From: Patescibacteria group bacterium
GTDB taxonomy: Bacteria > Patescibacteriota > Microgenomatia > UBA1400 > CG1-02-47-37
Assembly (NCBI GenBank): GCA_038065055.1
Contig: JBBTRT010000001.1
Span: 48,893-112,892, forward strand
Reading direction: 5' to 3'
Length of the DNA: 64,000 bases
A program made the position numbers and the translations under genes. Under the pieces are notes generated by a model. It worked only from the letters and a program-made list of their open reading frames with translations, ran no database searches and was not told where the DNA came from. Each line of letters starts with the position of its first letter. Within the stretch, counting starts at the first letter, position 1. This document shows positions 18,293 to 28,213 of this stretch, in pieces.

Positions 18293-19794
18293 ATCCCGCC
18301 AAATCTCTTAAAATTTTCTTTAAACAAACTCGCTAACTTTTTTGCCTCCGCCTCATAAGCGCTTTTATCTAACCAGGTATTTTTCGGGTTTAAAATCTCT
18401 GCCTCCACCCCTTTAACCTGTTTCGGAATCATTAACTCAAATAACGACATTTTTATATAATCCGCCTTACCCAATCTAGCCTCCAAAATCTCGGTCACAA
18501 TTTTCCGGGTAATCCCCAAATTCATTCTCTGTCCCACTCCGTAGCCGCCGCCGCTCCAACCAGTATTCACTAAATACACCTGACAATGATGCTGCTTAAT
18601 TTTCTTTTCTAAAATTTGGGCGTATTTCGTCGGGTGCAAAGTCAAAAACGGTTGGCCGAAACAAGGGGAAAATGCCGCTTTCGGTTCATTAACCCCTCTC
18701 TCTGTCCCGGCAATCTTAGCGGTGTAACCGGACAAAAACCAATATTTTGCCTGTTCTGGGGTTAACTTGGCTACCGGCGGCAAAATTCCAAAACTGTCAC
18801 AGGTTAAAAAAATCACGGTTTTCGGGTGTCTTCCGGTTAAACTCTTTACCCGTCGCTCAATATGTTCAATCGGGTAGCTCATCCGAGTATTTTCAGTTTT
18901 TGACGCATCCGTAAAATCGACTTTTCCCTTATCATCCACTACCACATTCTCAAGCAGCGCATTTCTTCTAATCGCCTTATAAATATCCGGCTCGCCTTCT
19001 TTGGAAATATTAATCATCTTGGCATAACAGCCTCCCTCCAAATTAAAAATTCCTTCCTCATCCCATCCATGCTCATCGTCGCCGATCAATTTTCTTTTTG
19101 GATCATGGGACAAAGTCGTCTTCCCTGTCCCGGACAAACCGAAAAATAAGGCCGTGTTTCCGTCTTTCCCCTCATTCGCGCTGCAGTGGAAAGATCCAAT
19201 TCCCTTAAGCGGCAACCAATAATTCGCCAGCGAAAACATGCTTTTTTTGATTTCCCCGCCGTACCAGGTGCCGCCAATCACTGTCTCTTGTTTTTCCAAA
19301 TTAATTGCAATAAACACCTCGGAATTTAAACCGTATTTTTCCCAATCTTTGGCAACTGCCTTTGGCGCTGAATATATCGTCCAATCAATAATAGAAGGGT
19401 CCGACCCTTCCGTTTTCCTTAAAAACATATTCTTAAAAAAATGCGCCTGCCAGGCAATTTCCGTTATCAGCCTCACCTTCATCTGCGCCTCTTTTCTTGC
19501 CCCCAAATAACCATCCATCACATATACTTTTTTATCTTTCAATTGCTCTTTAACCAAACTGGAAACATAATCCCAAGTTTCAATCGCCATTGGTTTATTC
19601 GGGCTCGTCGGATTTTTTTCGTCCCGCCACCACACCTGTTCTGACCCCGGCCCGCCCGCTACGATAAACTTATCTTCCGGCGATCGGCCGGTAAATTTTC
19701 CCGTGTCCACGCTCACTGCTCCAAATTCCGTCACCACTCCCTCATTTTTTTCGGCCTTAAATAACTCTTCGTAACTTAAATTATATTTATCCAT
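18289..19794 (-). CDS. pckA: phosphoenolpyruvate carboxykinase (ATP)
   Basis: 501 aa. Kinase-1a motif GLSGTGKTTLS, GDDEHGW and the NTGWSGG region. Confidence 0.9.
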   Translation of the reverse strand: MDKYNLSYEELFKAEKNEGVVTEFGAVSVDTGKFTGRSPEDKFIVAGGPGSEQVWWRDEKNPTSPNKPMAIETWDYVSSLVKEQLKDKKVYVMDGYLGARKEAQMKVRLITEIAWQAHFFKNMFLRKTEGSDPSIIDWTIYSAPKAVAKDWEKYGLNSEVFIAINLEKQETVIGGTWYGGEIKKSMFSLANYWLPLKGIGSFHCSANEGKDGNTALFFGLSGTGKTTLSHDPKRKLIGDDEHGWDEEGIFNLEGGCYAKMINISKEGEPDIYKAIRRNALLENVVVDDKGKVDFTDASKTENTRMSYPIEHIERRVKSLTGRHPKTVIFLTCDSFGILPPVAKLTPEQAKYWFLSGYTAKIAGTERGVNEPKAAFSPCFGQPFLTLHPTKYAQILEKKIKQHHCQVYLVNTGWSGGGYGVGQRMNLGITRKIVTEILEARLGKADYIKMSLFELMIPKQVKGVEAEILNPKNTWLDKSAYEAEAKKLASLFKENFKRFGGI

Positions 19795-20923
19795 AATTTT
19801 TCTCCGTAAATTTCTTAATCAACTCTACTCCCGCTTCAATCTGTTCCATTGACGTCGCAAAACTCAAGCGAATAAATCCCGGCCCGCCAAAAGGTGTTCC
19901 CGGAATCACCGCCACCCCACCCTCTTCTAATAATTTCTCGCAAAAACTTTGGTCGTCTTTGGTTACTTGGCTGATGTCCGCCCAAACATAAAACGCCCCA
20001 TCCGGCAACACTGCTTTTATTCCCTGAATTTGGTTTAATTTTTCCACCATTAGTTTCCGCCTTTTGGTAAATTCCCGCCGCATTGTTGCCGGAAACCCCC
20101 CGGCTTTTTCCCAAGCTACCAACGCCCCTTTTTGGGAAAAACTGCTGGGGTTGGACGAAATCTGGTCCTGTAACGCGCTCATGGCTTTAATCAGTTCCAG
20201 CGGCCCGGCGCCGTAACCCAACCGCCACCCAGTCATAGCAAAAGTCTTTGAAAAAGCATTAATCGTTAAAGTTTTTTGATAGACCTCTTGGCTTAAACTG
20301 GCAAAACTGACCGGCTTTTGCCCACCATAATAAAAACAGTCATAGCACTCGTCAGATAACACCCGCAAATCAGGGTAATTTTTTATTATCTGAGCGATTT
20401 TTTCCAACCCGGACCGATCAATAATCTCTCCGGTCGGGTTGCTGGGCGAATTAATTATCAGCACCTTGGTTTTTGCGCTTAAACTTTTATCCAAATCATC
20501 CCAATCATTAATAAACACCGACTTCCCTCCGGCCACCTTCACCATATCCGGGTAACTCACCCAATACGGCGCTTTAATTATTACTTCATCGCCCTTATCC
20601 GCCAAACACATAATCGCCTCAAATAAAATTTGCTTTGCCCCATTGGAAACAATTATCTGTTCCGCCTCATAAATTAATTTATTTTTTTGTTTCAATTTAT
20701 CTACCAAGACTTTTTTTAATTCCGGTATGCCTGAAGATTCCGTATACTTCGTAAAGCCCTCATCCAACGCCTTCTTCGTGGCTTCTTTAATGGCGAGCGG
20801 GGTGTCAAAATCCGGCTGCCCCGCCGCAAAACTGACTATTTTTTTTCCAAGAGAACTTAACTGTTTGGCTTTAGCCGTAATCGCTAAGGTCGCCGAAGGG
20901 GTTAAGCGGTACTTATCCAGCAT
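19787..20923 (-). CDS. class I/II aminotransferase (aspartate aminotransferase-like)
   Basis: GQPDFDTP, NPSNPTG, and the PLP-lysine context SKTFAMTGWRLGY. Confidence 0.8.
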   Translation of the reverse strand: MLDKYRLTPSATLAITAKAKQLSSLGKKIVSFAAGQPDFDTPLAIKEATKKALDEGFTKYTESSGIPELKKVLVDKLKQKNKLIYEAEQIIVSNGAKQILFEAIMCLADKGDEVIIKAPYWVSYPDMVKVAGGKSVFINDWDDLDKSLSAKTKVLIINSPSNPTGEIIDRSGLEKIAQIIKNYPDLRVLSDECYDCFYYGGQKPVSFASLSQEVYQKTLTINAFSKTFAMTGWRLGYGAGPLELIKAMSALQDQISSNPSSFSQKGALVAWEKAGGFPATMRREFTKRRKLMVEKLNQIQGIKAVLPDGAFYVWADISQVTKDDQSFCEKLLEEGGVAVIPGTPFGGPGFIRLSFATSMEQIEAGVELIKKFTEKNYG

Positions 20924-22103
20924 ACGCCTTTAATCCCAACCCAATCAATTCCACTGCCCGTTTAATCGCCATGGTATTTAAGACATAAGCAATCCGGACT
21001 TGATTAACCCCCATGCCGGAAGTTAAGTAAAAACCCTCGGCCGGAGCCAGCATTACTGTTTCCTTATTATCTTCAAATTTATCCAGCATAAACCTGCAAA
21101 AATCTTCGGCATCCACTACCGGCAGTTGGGCAATCAAATAAAAAGCGCCATCAGGAAAATTGGCTTTAACCTCCGGAATTTTTTTCAGCTCCGCCATCAA
21201 AGTATCACGCCTTGCCTCATACTCCACCCTAACATCATTAAAATAGCTCTCCGGCACTTCGCCTAAAAATGAAGCGGCGTACTGTTCGATTGACGGACTG
21301 GCCAAACGCGCTTGAGCAATCTTATTGGCCATTTCCATCACCAGTTTATTTTTAGACACAAGACAACCTAAGCGGGCGCCGCAAAGCGAGTAGCGTTTGG
21401 ACAAACTATCGGTTAAAACCACATTTTGGTCCGCTTTCTTAAACGATAATAACGACCGGGTCTTTATTTCTCCATAAATAAACTCCCGGTAAGTTTCATC
21501 GGCAATAATAAATAAATCGTGTTTGAGGCAAAACTCCACCAAATCTTTTAACATCGACTCCGGATAAACCGCTCCGGTCGGATTGGAAGGATTGGTAATA
21601 ATCACTCCCTTGGTTTTATTAGTCAACACCTGTTCCAATGCCGCTACCGGCGGCAAAGCAAAATTATCATCTAAGTATGTCGGGACACCTTTAAGTTTGA
21701 CGCCTGATAGTTCGGCAAAAGTCTGATAATTAGTGTAAGTCGGTTCAAAAGTCAAACATTCATCGCCCGGATTAAATAGAATGGCAAAAACCATCCACAA
21801 CGCTTCACTGCCACCGGTCGTCGCCACAATATCCGCTAAATCAACATTTAAATTAAGACGCCGATAATAATGCAGCAAACTTTGTTTAAACGCCTCAGTA
21901 CCGTCAGACCGTTCATAAAAAACCACTGGCTCATTAAATTCCTTAATTTTTTTTAAAAAAATCTCCGGCGAAGCAATATCCGGCTGGCCGATATTCAAAT
22001 GATAAATCTTTATTCCCCGCTTCTTGGCCGCCTCGGCGTAAGGCGTCAACTTCCTAATCGGCGAAAAAGCTAAATTCTGGCTTTTATACGGAATTTTTGG
22101 CAT
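20913..22103 (-). CDS. class I/II aminotransferase (second paralogue)
   Basis: IGQPDI, NPSNPTG, and SLSKRYSLCGARLG (PLP lysine). Confidence 0.75.
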   Translation of the reverse strand: MPKIPYKSQNLAFSPIRKLTPYAEAAKKRGIKIYHLNIGQPDIASPEIFLKKIKEFNEPVVFYERSDGTEAFKQSLLHYYRRLNLNVDLADIVATTGGSEALWMVFAILFNPGDECLTFEPTYTNYQTFAELSGVKLKGVPTYLDDNFALPPVAALEQVLTNKTKGVIITNPSNPTGAVYPESMLKDLVEFCLKHDLFIIADETYREFIYGEIKTRSLLSFKKADQNVVLTDSLSKRYSLCGARLGCLVSKNKLVMEMANKIAQARLASPSIEQYAASFLGEVPESYFNDVRVEYEARRDTLMAELKKIPEVKANFPDGAFYLIAQLPVVDAEDFCRFMLDKFEDNKETVMLAPAEGFYLTSGMGVNQVRIAYVLNTMAIKRAVELIGLGLKAYAG

Positions 22104-23484
22104 GTTTTATCTTTGTCCCTTCATCAGTATCCTCGATTATATAACCTTTAGCCATTAAAGTCTGTTTGATTTTATCCGCCTCCGCCCATTTTTTCTGTTT
22201 TCGTAACTCTTCTCTTTGTTTAATTAGATTTTGAACTTGAATTGACATTTGAAATTTGTCATTTGAAATTTTTAACCCTAAAACTTGGTTCCAATCCTGC
22301 CACAACTCATTCTTATCTTGTTCCGGAATATTGCTTTTCACCATTTCCCACACTACTGCTAAGGCTTGCGGCATTCCCAAATCAACCTCCACCGCGGCTT
22401 TAAATCTAGCTGAGAATTCCTGAATCTTAACTAATTTTTCCTCGGATAACACTGTCCGCTGTTTTTTCCCTTGCCACCCACTGACAATCGACTGCAGCTT
22501 TTTCCACGCCTCGCTGGCTCCGGCTAACGCCTGATCGGTAAAATTCATAGTTGACCGGTAATGGCTGGTTAAAAATAAATATCTTACCGCCATTGGCTCC
22601 ACTCCCTTAGCCACTAAATCTTGCAACCGGACATAATTCTGCAAACTCTTGCTCATTTTCTCGCCGTTAACCTGCAAAAAGCCCGAGTGAAACCAATACT
22701 TCACAAACTGCTTGCCCGTCGCCGCTTCCGATTGGCAAATTTCGTTGGTGTGGTGCACCGGAATGTGGTCAATCCCGCCGGTGTGGATATCAATACTTTC
22801 TCCCAATTCCTTCATCGCCATCGCACTGCACTCAATGTGCCAGCCAGGAAACCCGATTCCCCACGGGCTCTCCCACTCCATTTGACGTTTCTCGCTTTCA
22901 GGCGAGAACTTCCACAACGCAAAATCCGTTGGATTTTTCTTTTCCCCTTTGTCCACCCGCCAACCCTCTCTTAACCCCTCAATATCCAGCCTAGCCATCT
23001 CTCCGTAAGTTTTAAATATACTGGTGTCAAAATAAATCCCGTCTTTGGTTTTATAAGTAAAATCTTTTTTCTCCAGTCTTTCGATCAATTCAATCATCTC
23101 CTGAATATATTCTGTTGCCGGCGTGATTTTATCCGGCTTGATAATATTTAAACTCTCGCTCATCTGCCAAAAATCCTCGGTGTAAAACTTGGCAATCTCC
23201 CGGATATCCTTGCTTTCTTTTTTGGCTTTTTTCTCCATCTTATCTTCCCCGCTGTCCGCGTTCGAAGTCAAATGCCCCACATCAGTAATATTCATCACGG
23301 TTTTGGTTTCGAAACCCTGCCATTTTAACGCTCGGCGTAATATGTCCGAGTTAATGTAAGTTCGCGAATGCCCCAAATGGGCATAGTCATACACCGTCGG
23401 CCCGCAAATATAAATACTCACCCGCTTTGGATCAAGCGGTTTAAATTCCTCAATTTGCCTTGATAAAGTATTGTATAAGCGCAT
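22084..23484 (-). CDS. cysS: cysteinyl-tRNA synthetase
   Basis: HIGH-type HLGHSRTY, the KMSKS motif, and WHIECSAM. The start was moved to MRLYNTLSR (23484), abutting the upstream stop. The 43-aa N-terminal extension in the ORF track looks like an artefact. Confidence 0.9.
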   Translation of the reverse strand: MRLYNTLSRQIEEFKPLDPKRVSIYICGPTVYDYAHLGHSRTYINSDILRRALKWQGFETKTVMNITDVGHLTSNADSGEDKMEKKAKKESKDIREIAKFYTEDFWQMSESLNIIKPDKITPATEYIQEMIELIERLEKKDFTYKTKDGIYFDTSIFKTYGEMARLDIEGLREGWRVDKGEKKNPTDFALWKFSPESEKRQMEWESPWGIGFPGWHIECSAMAMKELGESIDIHTGGIDHIPVHHTNEICQSEAATGKQFVKYWFHSGFLQVNGEKMSKSLQNYVRLQDLVAKGVEPMAVRYLFLTSHYRSTMNFTDQALAGASEAWKKLQSIVSGWQGKKQRTVLSEEKLVKIQEFSARFKAAVEVDLGMPQALAVVWEMVKSNIPEQDKNELWQDWNQVLGLKISNDKFQMSIQVQNLIKQREELRKQKKWAEADKIKQTLMAKGYIIEDTDEGTKIKHAKNSV

Positions 23485-23485
23485 A

Positions 23486-23905
23486 TTACCCCACTGCCCC
23501 TCTATTGGCTTCCCCTGTCCCCATGCTGGCTTTAGTGGCCGCTGACAAATCATCATCTTTTTTCTTCTGCTGCTCCAAAAATTTCTTTTGCCGCACCTCC
23601 GGATCAGCTTCAAACCCTGTTGTGCCGCTGATATATTTTCTCGGTTGGCTATCGCGTTTTTTTCTAATCATTTCAATCTCCTGCTGGATCGCCTCGTACA
23701 TTTCCCTGGATCTTTTTTTATCAATTTCCTTTAATCTTTCCAATTGCTGTTTTTGTTTTTGCTCATCATCATCCGGCTTTTGCGGTTGTTTTTTCACTTG
23801 CGGCGCCATTTTTTCCAACCAATCCAAACCAGCTGGCTGGCTTACCTGTTGCCCACTTTCTAAAATCTCCCCTAAATCTCCCCCTGGTGCAGTTGGTTGA
23901 GTCAT
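23486..23905 (-). CDS. hypothetical highly charged protein
   Basis: Lys/Glu/Gln-rich, coiled-coil-like. Start chosen at MTQPTAPGG, just after the upstream stop. Confidence 0.35.
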   Translation of the reverse strand: MTQPTAPGGDLGEILESGQQVSQPAGLDWLEKMAPQVKKQPQKPDDDEQKQKQQLERLKEIDKKRSREMYEAIQQEIEMIRKKRDSQPRKYISGTTGFEADPEVRQKKFLEQQKKKDDDLSAATKASMGTGEANRGAVG

Positions 23906-23906
23906 C

Positions 23907-24479
23907 TTACCCCTTGCTATACTCTTTATTCTTATCCATATCCTGCTCAATCATTTTCCGTAAATATACCGCCCGCGGCAGTTTTTTCTTTTTAGAAATC
24001 CAATCCAAATAATTCCCTATTCCCGGCGAAATAAAAAAATTAAATCTGGTATCAATCTTCTCCGCCGCGTATTCCAGCGCGTCTTTCAAAACCCTCTCAA
24101 TTATCTCACTGGTATATTCAACTATCTGGATCTTTTCATCCACAATCGCGGAAAAAAATAGCGGTTCCCGATTTTTAATATGCATTATTACCACTGATTT
24201 GGAATAATCTTGGGCCTTATCAATAATATAACCCATCGCCATGCTCGCCACCGAAGCATCCACCACCACAATATCCGCTTTCTTAATCGACTCAATCGTA
24301 TCTTGGTAGTGTTTTACCATCTCTTCGTGAGTACACTTATAATGCCGGACCGGGTCAACTTTTATAATAAAATCGCTTACCTGTTCATACCCCAGCTTCT
24401 GAATTAACTGATAGATTTTTTTAATATTATCGCCATAGTCTTTAAAAACTCTTGGCGAGGCGGTAAAATAGACTTTCAT
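23907..24479 (-). CDS. hypothetical protein: Rossmann-like N-domain plus C-terminal ribbon-helix-helix-like tail
   Basis: The N-terminus MKVYFTAS...ADIVVVD recalls nucleoside deoxyribosyltransferase-like folds. The C-terminus RFNFFISPGIGNYLDWISKKKKLPRAVYLRKMIEQ looks RHH-like. Weak. Confidence 0.35.
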   Translation of the reverse strand: MKVYFTASPRVFKDYGDNIKKIYQLIQKLGYEQVSDFIIKVDPVRHYKCTHEEMVKHYQDTIESIKKADIVVVDASVASMAMGYIIDKAQDYSKSVVIMHIKNREPLFFSAIVDEKIQIVEYTSEIIERVLKDALEYAAEKIDTRFNFFISPGIGNYLDWISKKKKLPRAVYLRKMIEQDMDKNKEYSKG

Positions 24480-24494
24480 AATAATTTTACCTTA

Positions 24495-25103
24495 TCACAT
24501 CTCCCGCCGGCCTTCAAAGGCGCGGTTTAAAGTTTGCTCGTCAGCATACTCCAAATCCGACCCGATTGGTAGACCCCGGCCCAGCCGGGTAATCGTTATT
24601 TTTTGGCTTAATTTTTTGTCGTTCATTAATTTTTTGAGATACATAGCCGTCGCCTCGCCCTCCATATTCGGATTGGTGGCCATAATTACCTCTGTTATTA
24701 TACCATTCTGCAATCTCTTGAGTAAGTCATGGATATGCAGCTCTTCCGGCCCAATATTATTTAAGGGCGAAATCGCCCCGCCTAAAACATGGTACAACCC
24801 TTTATAAAACCCGCCTTTCTCAATCGCCAGAATATCCAGCGCCTGTTCCACCACGCAAATTTTCGACTGATCCCTCTCCTGGTCCAAACAAATACTGCAC
24901 GGCGAACTTTCCCCCACATTAAAACAAAACTCGCACTCTTTGGTGTCTTTTTTTAACCTGGTTAACGCTTCGGCAAATTTATCCAGCTCGGTTTGCGGGT
25001 TATGCAGCAAATAAAAAGTCAACCGCTGGGCCGATTTCGGCCCGATTCCCGGCAGTTTTTCCAAGGCTTCAATTAAACGGTTAACCGCTCTGGCAATTTT
25101 CAT
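24495..25103 (-). CDS. recR: recombination protein RecR
   Basis: HhH motif LPGIGPKSAQRL, a C4 zinc finger (CEFC..CSIC) and a Toprim region. Confidence 0.9.
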   Translation of the reverse strand: MKIARAVNRLIEALEKLPGIGPKSAQRLTFYLLHNPQTELDKFAEALTRLKKDTKECEFCFNVGESSPCSICLDQERDQSKICVVEQALDILAIEKGGFYKGLYHVLGGAISPLNNIGPEELHIHDLLKRLQNGIITEVIMATNPNMEGEATAMYLKKLMNDKKLSQKITITRLGRGLPIGSDLEYADEQTLNRAFEGRREM

Positions 25104-25119
25104 AAAAAAAGTATAACAT

Positions 25120-25917
25120 ATGCGTATGTCTAAGCCTTTGCCTCTTATACATTTAATCGCCGATTACGGCATTAATGATCTCTCTTTTGCCGAAGTTATC
25201 CAAAGATTTAAATATTTACTGCCTGATTCTCAAATTTTTCCTCTGTCCACCCCACCTTTTTCGACTTTAAATACCGGTTTTTTAATTGCCCAGCTCAGCC
25301 TTTACAATCCCGGTCATCACGTCTTTATCTTTTCCAACACTGCTCCCCGGACCGACGACAAAAAGAAACGCTATGAAAACGAAGGCGAAAAATTAAAATA
25401 CGCCCAACTGGACAACGGCGCCGAAATTGTCGCCGTGGATGCCGGCTTTTGCTTCAGCTTTATTAAAAAACACATTGTCAAATTTAATTTAATCGACGTC
25501 CAAAATCAAGGTTCGCAGTTCCGCTCCCGCGACTTTTACCCCCCTGCCGCCGTCGGCATTTTCCTAGGCAAATATAAACAGTTTTTATCCCAACCGCTTT
25601 CGGTTAACGCCATTCCCAATATCCCTGTTAACCGGATTATGCACATCGATGGCTACGGCAACATCAAAACCACTATTCGCAAAAACAGCGTTAAATTAAA
25701 ACCCGGCACCCGCATCCGCGTCGCCATTAACCACATTTATCAAACCGGTTACTACGCCAACGGCAACTTTTCCGTCAAATCCGGCGATTTGGCTTTTGCT
25801 CCCGGCTCATCCGGTGGCGCTAACGCTTTTATGGAAGTCTTCTTACGCGCCGGCAATGCCTGGCGCGCCTTTTCCAATCCCCCGGTCGAAACCAAAATCA
25901 AAATCGAAAGTTTTTAG
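25120..25917 (+). CDS. SAM hydroxide adenosyltransferase / SAM hydrolase family (DUF62-like)
   Basis: N-terminal LIADYGINDLSFAEV and C-terminal domain motif IMHIDGYGNIKTTI, as in the SalL/FlA/DUF62 family. Its last 79 nt are duplicated at 28535-28613. Confidence 0.6.
   Translation: MRMSKPLPLIHLIADYGINDLSFAEVIQRFKYLLPDSQIFPLSTPPFSTLNTGFLIAQLSLYNPGHHVFIFSNTAPRTDDKKKRYENEGEKLKYAQLDNGAEIVAVDAGFCFSFIKKHIVKFNLIDVQNQGSQFRSRDFYPPAAVGIFLGKYKQFLSQPLSVNAIPNIPVNRIMHIDGYGNIKTTIRKNSVKLKPGTRIRVAINHIYQTGYYANGNFSVKSGDLAFAPGSSGGANAFMEVFLRAGNAWRAFSNPPVETKIKIESF
25835..25913. repeat. 79-bp perfect direct repeat, copy 1 (3' end of the DUF62-like gene)
   Basis: Identical base-for-base to 28535-28613, offset exactly 2,700 bp. 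Confidence 0.95.
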
Positions 25918-25944
25918 TACCCAAAAATTCGACAATTAAAAAAT

Positions 25945-25972
25945 TTGACAAAGTCATTTAAAGTGCTATCCT
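25945..25972 (+). promoter_or_regulatory. candidate sigma70-like promoter of the cassette operon
   Basis: TTGACA, 16 nt, TATCCT, about 30 nt upstream of the rSAM start codon. The -10 is weak. Confidence 0.3.
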
Positions 25973-26003
25973 ACGCTTACCTTTATTAAAAAATAAGAAA
26001 TTT

Positions 26004-27434
26004 ATGAGTAAGGAGTTCGCTCCCATAGCTCAAGGTTTACCTGTCATACAACATTCTCCGGAACTTCTTTCATCTACACATATAGAAAATACTCAACCTA
26101 AAGACTTGTATAAAACACTATCTGCTCCTCTTGACGTTCAAGTGGAAATAACAACCCTTTGTAATGAAGCGTGCATGCATTGTTATAATTTTTGGCGAGG
26201 AGCAAAGTTCAGAGAGGTTACCAATAATCTTCCCGATGCCACACTAGAAAAAGATAAAGTCTTAGTAATAGTGCATCAATTAGTCGAAAGCCAAGTTTTT
26301 GGGGTAACCTTTACCGGAGGAGAGCCTTTTCTTTTCAGGCAAGCAGTTATTGAAGGAGTAATATCCGCAAAAAAATCAGGGCTTGACTGTTCTCTGAATA
26401 GCAATCTTACCACAATTACTAGAAAGGATGCAGAATCTCTTAAAGACGCGGGGCTTGATTCCGTATTAACCTCGCTCCATTCTTTTGATGAAAATACCCA
26501 TAATAAAATAACCCAAAGAGAAGGATCTTTTAAACGCACTCTGCAGGGGATAAAAATTTGTCAAGATGTAGGATTAGATGTTGGAGTAAATATGGTAGTA
26601 ATGAAAATTAATCAACAACAGGTTTTCAAAACAGGAAAATTTATTAAAGATTTAGGAATAAAGGCATTTTCTGCAACAAAAGCTGTCCCTTGTCTAGGAG
26701 GAAATAATTTTTCAGAAATTGGTATCGATAAAAAAGCATTCAAGAAAATGATTACAGATTTAATTCTTTTGGAAAAAACGTTTGGAATAAATGTTGATAC
26801 TTTAATGGCTTATCCTCTTTGTGCCCTAAGCGATTTAGCAAGTTTTTGGAAGCTTGCTCAACACAGCTGTGGAGCAGGAACTACAACCTGTACCATAGGA
26901 TCAAGTGGCGATGTCAGACCGTGCTCTTTTGCAGACGAAACTTACGGAAATATATTTATTGACTCGCTTCCTAAAACATGGAAAGAAATGAAAGACTGGC
27001 GGGATGGAAGCCGTTTGCCAGAAGAGTGCGTTGACAACTGTAACTATTTTTCCCAATGCGGCGGAGGATGTAGGATGGAAGCGAAGTTTGACGGAAATAA
27101 GAAAGGAATGGATCCGTTAGCTACTGAACCTTTAGATGTTGTTTCCTTGCCGGTTTCTGACTTCAATCCTCCCCCATCCGATTTTTGGGAAAAACAACTT
27201 GTTGTTACTCCTAATCTTAGATTAAGGAAAGAAAATTTTGGAGGAATTATAGCACCCCAAAGACGCCAGCCAGTTTTTATTAATAGTACCGCCTACGAAA
27301 TTATTAATAGATTAAAAAATGCATCGTCATCATTTTCTTTTAAGGAAATTGGACATGATTTTAATTTATCGCCAGCTTCATCTGATTTCTTTTTTGCGCT
27401 TTTTACACAAGGGGTTTTTGGAGAAACTCAATGA
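26004..27434 (+). CDS. radical SAM/SPASM-domain peptide maturase with C-terminal PqqD/RRE-like extension
   Basis: CNEACMHC (CxxxCxxC), FTGGEPFL, and a SPASM Cys pattern (CGAGTTTC..GDVRPC ... CVDNCNYFSQCGGGC). The C-terminal ~90 aa are LRLRKENFGGII..FINSTAYEIINRL..FFFALFTQGVF. Confidence 0.85.
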   Translation: MSKEFAPIAQGLPVIQHSPELLSSTHIENTQPKDLYKTLSAPLDVQVEITTLCNEACMHCYNFWRGAKFREVTNNLPDATLEKDKVLVIVHQLVESQVFGVTFTGGEPFLFRQAVIEGVISAKKSGLDCSLNSNLTTITRKDAESLKDAGLDSVLTSLHSFDENTHNKITQREGSFKRTLQGIKICQDVGLDVGVNMVVMKINQQQVFKTGKFIKDLGIKAFSATKAVPCLGGNNFSEIGIDKKAFKKMITDLILLEKTFGINVDTLMAYPLCALSDLASFWKLAQHSCGAGTTTCTIGSSGDVRPCSFADETYGNIFIDSLPKTWKEMKDWRDGSRLPEECVDNCNYFSQCGGGCRMEAKFDGNKKGMDPLATEPLDVVSLPVSDFNPPPSDFWEKQLVVTPNLRLRKENFGGIIAPQRRQPVFINSTAYEIINRLKNASSSFSFKEIGHDFNLSPASSDFFFALFTQGVFGETQ

Positions 27435-28213
27435 GTAAGGATATAAATTCAAGGAAGAATTTAACAAATATAGCATTAGGATCTCAAGTAAAAGGTTTTG
27501 TTTCATTTCTTGCGAAAGACCCAAGTCTAAATATGACTATAAAGGATTTTAGACTTGGCTATATTCGAGCTTCAAAATTTTTTAAAATAAAAATTCCCGA
27601 GATAAAACTTACCCTTGTTTATAGCAGAAAAGAATTAGATAATCTATTTGGCCGTCAAACACCAGATTGGCTTGTTAGTTATGCAAACTCTTCAAATGAA
27701 ATTTTTATATTAAGTCCATCAGTTTGGGAGGAAGAGAGTTCTCATCCAAGAGATGAATTCAATAAGACCCTCTGTCATGAAATTACCCATTTATTTATTC
27801 GGCAAATTCATAACTCTTATGAACCCGTATGGCTTGAAGAAGGACTCGCTTATTATGTAGCGGGTCAAAAAAGCAGGTTAAAAAATAGCAACCCTATTTT
27901 TAATAATCCTGAAGCAATATTTCTTATAGATACAAGGAGTCAATGGAATAAAACTATTGATAGTCAGCCGAATGTGCCATATGCATTAGCGTTTTTATTG
28001 GTAAACTTTTTGATTAGGTGTTATGGTAAAGACAGGATTATAAATCTTTTAATGTCTCTAAAGGGGAGCTATAGCAAAAAGAGGTTTTGTCAAAAATTTA
28101 GAAAAATTTATGGAAAAGATATAAAGTTAATCTTAAAGAAATTCTTTTTTCGACAGAATATTAAATGGAAAGGGGGTGAGAAATATGTTCCTAGAATTAG
28201 AGAGAACACTTAG
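27431..28213 (+). CDS. MA-clan zinc metallopeptidase (Peptidase_MA_2-like), candidate leader peptidase
   Basis: HExxH (LCHEITHLF) followed 19 aa later by WLEEGLAYYVAG (third-ligand Glu context). ATGA coupling to the rSAM gene. Confidence 0.6.
   Translation: MSKDINSRKNLTNIALGSQVKGFVSFLAKDPSLNMTIKDFRLGYIRASKFFKIKIPEIKLTLVYSRKELDNLFGRQTPDWLVSYANSSNEIFILSPSVWEEESSHPRDEFNKTLCHEITHLFIRQIHNSYEPVWLEEGLAYYVAGQKSRLKNSNPIFNNPEAIFLIDTRSQWNKTIDSQPNVPYALAFLLVNFLIRCYGKDRIINLLMSLKGSYSKKRFCQKFRKIYGKDIKLILKKFFFRQNIKWKGGEKYVPRIRENT

Noticed and set aside
22240-22280. GAAATTTGTCATTTGAAATTT-type AT-rich strings inside cysS (~22240-22280) and proS (~34862-34895) that resemble the intergenic TTGAAAATTGAAAATT motif.
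   Set aside because: They are in frame, encoding ..ISNDKFQMS.. and ..ISNDQFSIF.., in linker regions, and they are only loosely similar. I could not distinguish element insertion from compositional bias.
23485-23613. 43-aa N-terminal extension of cysS in the ORF track.
   Set aside because: CysRS homology starts at MRLYNTLSR, and that ATG abuts the upstream gene's stop. The extension overlaps the upstream CDS.
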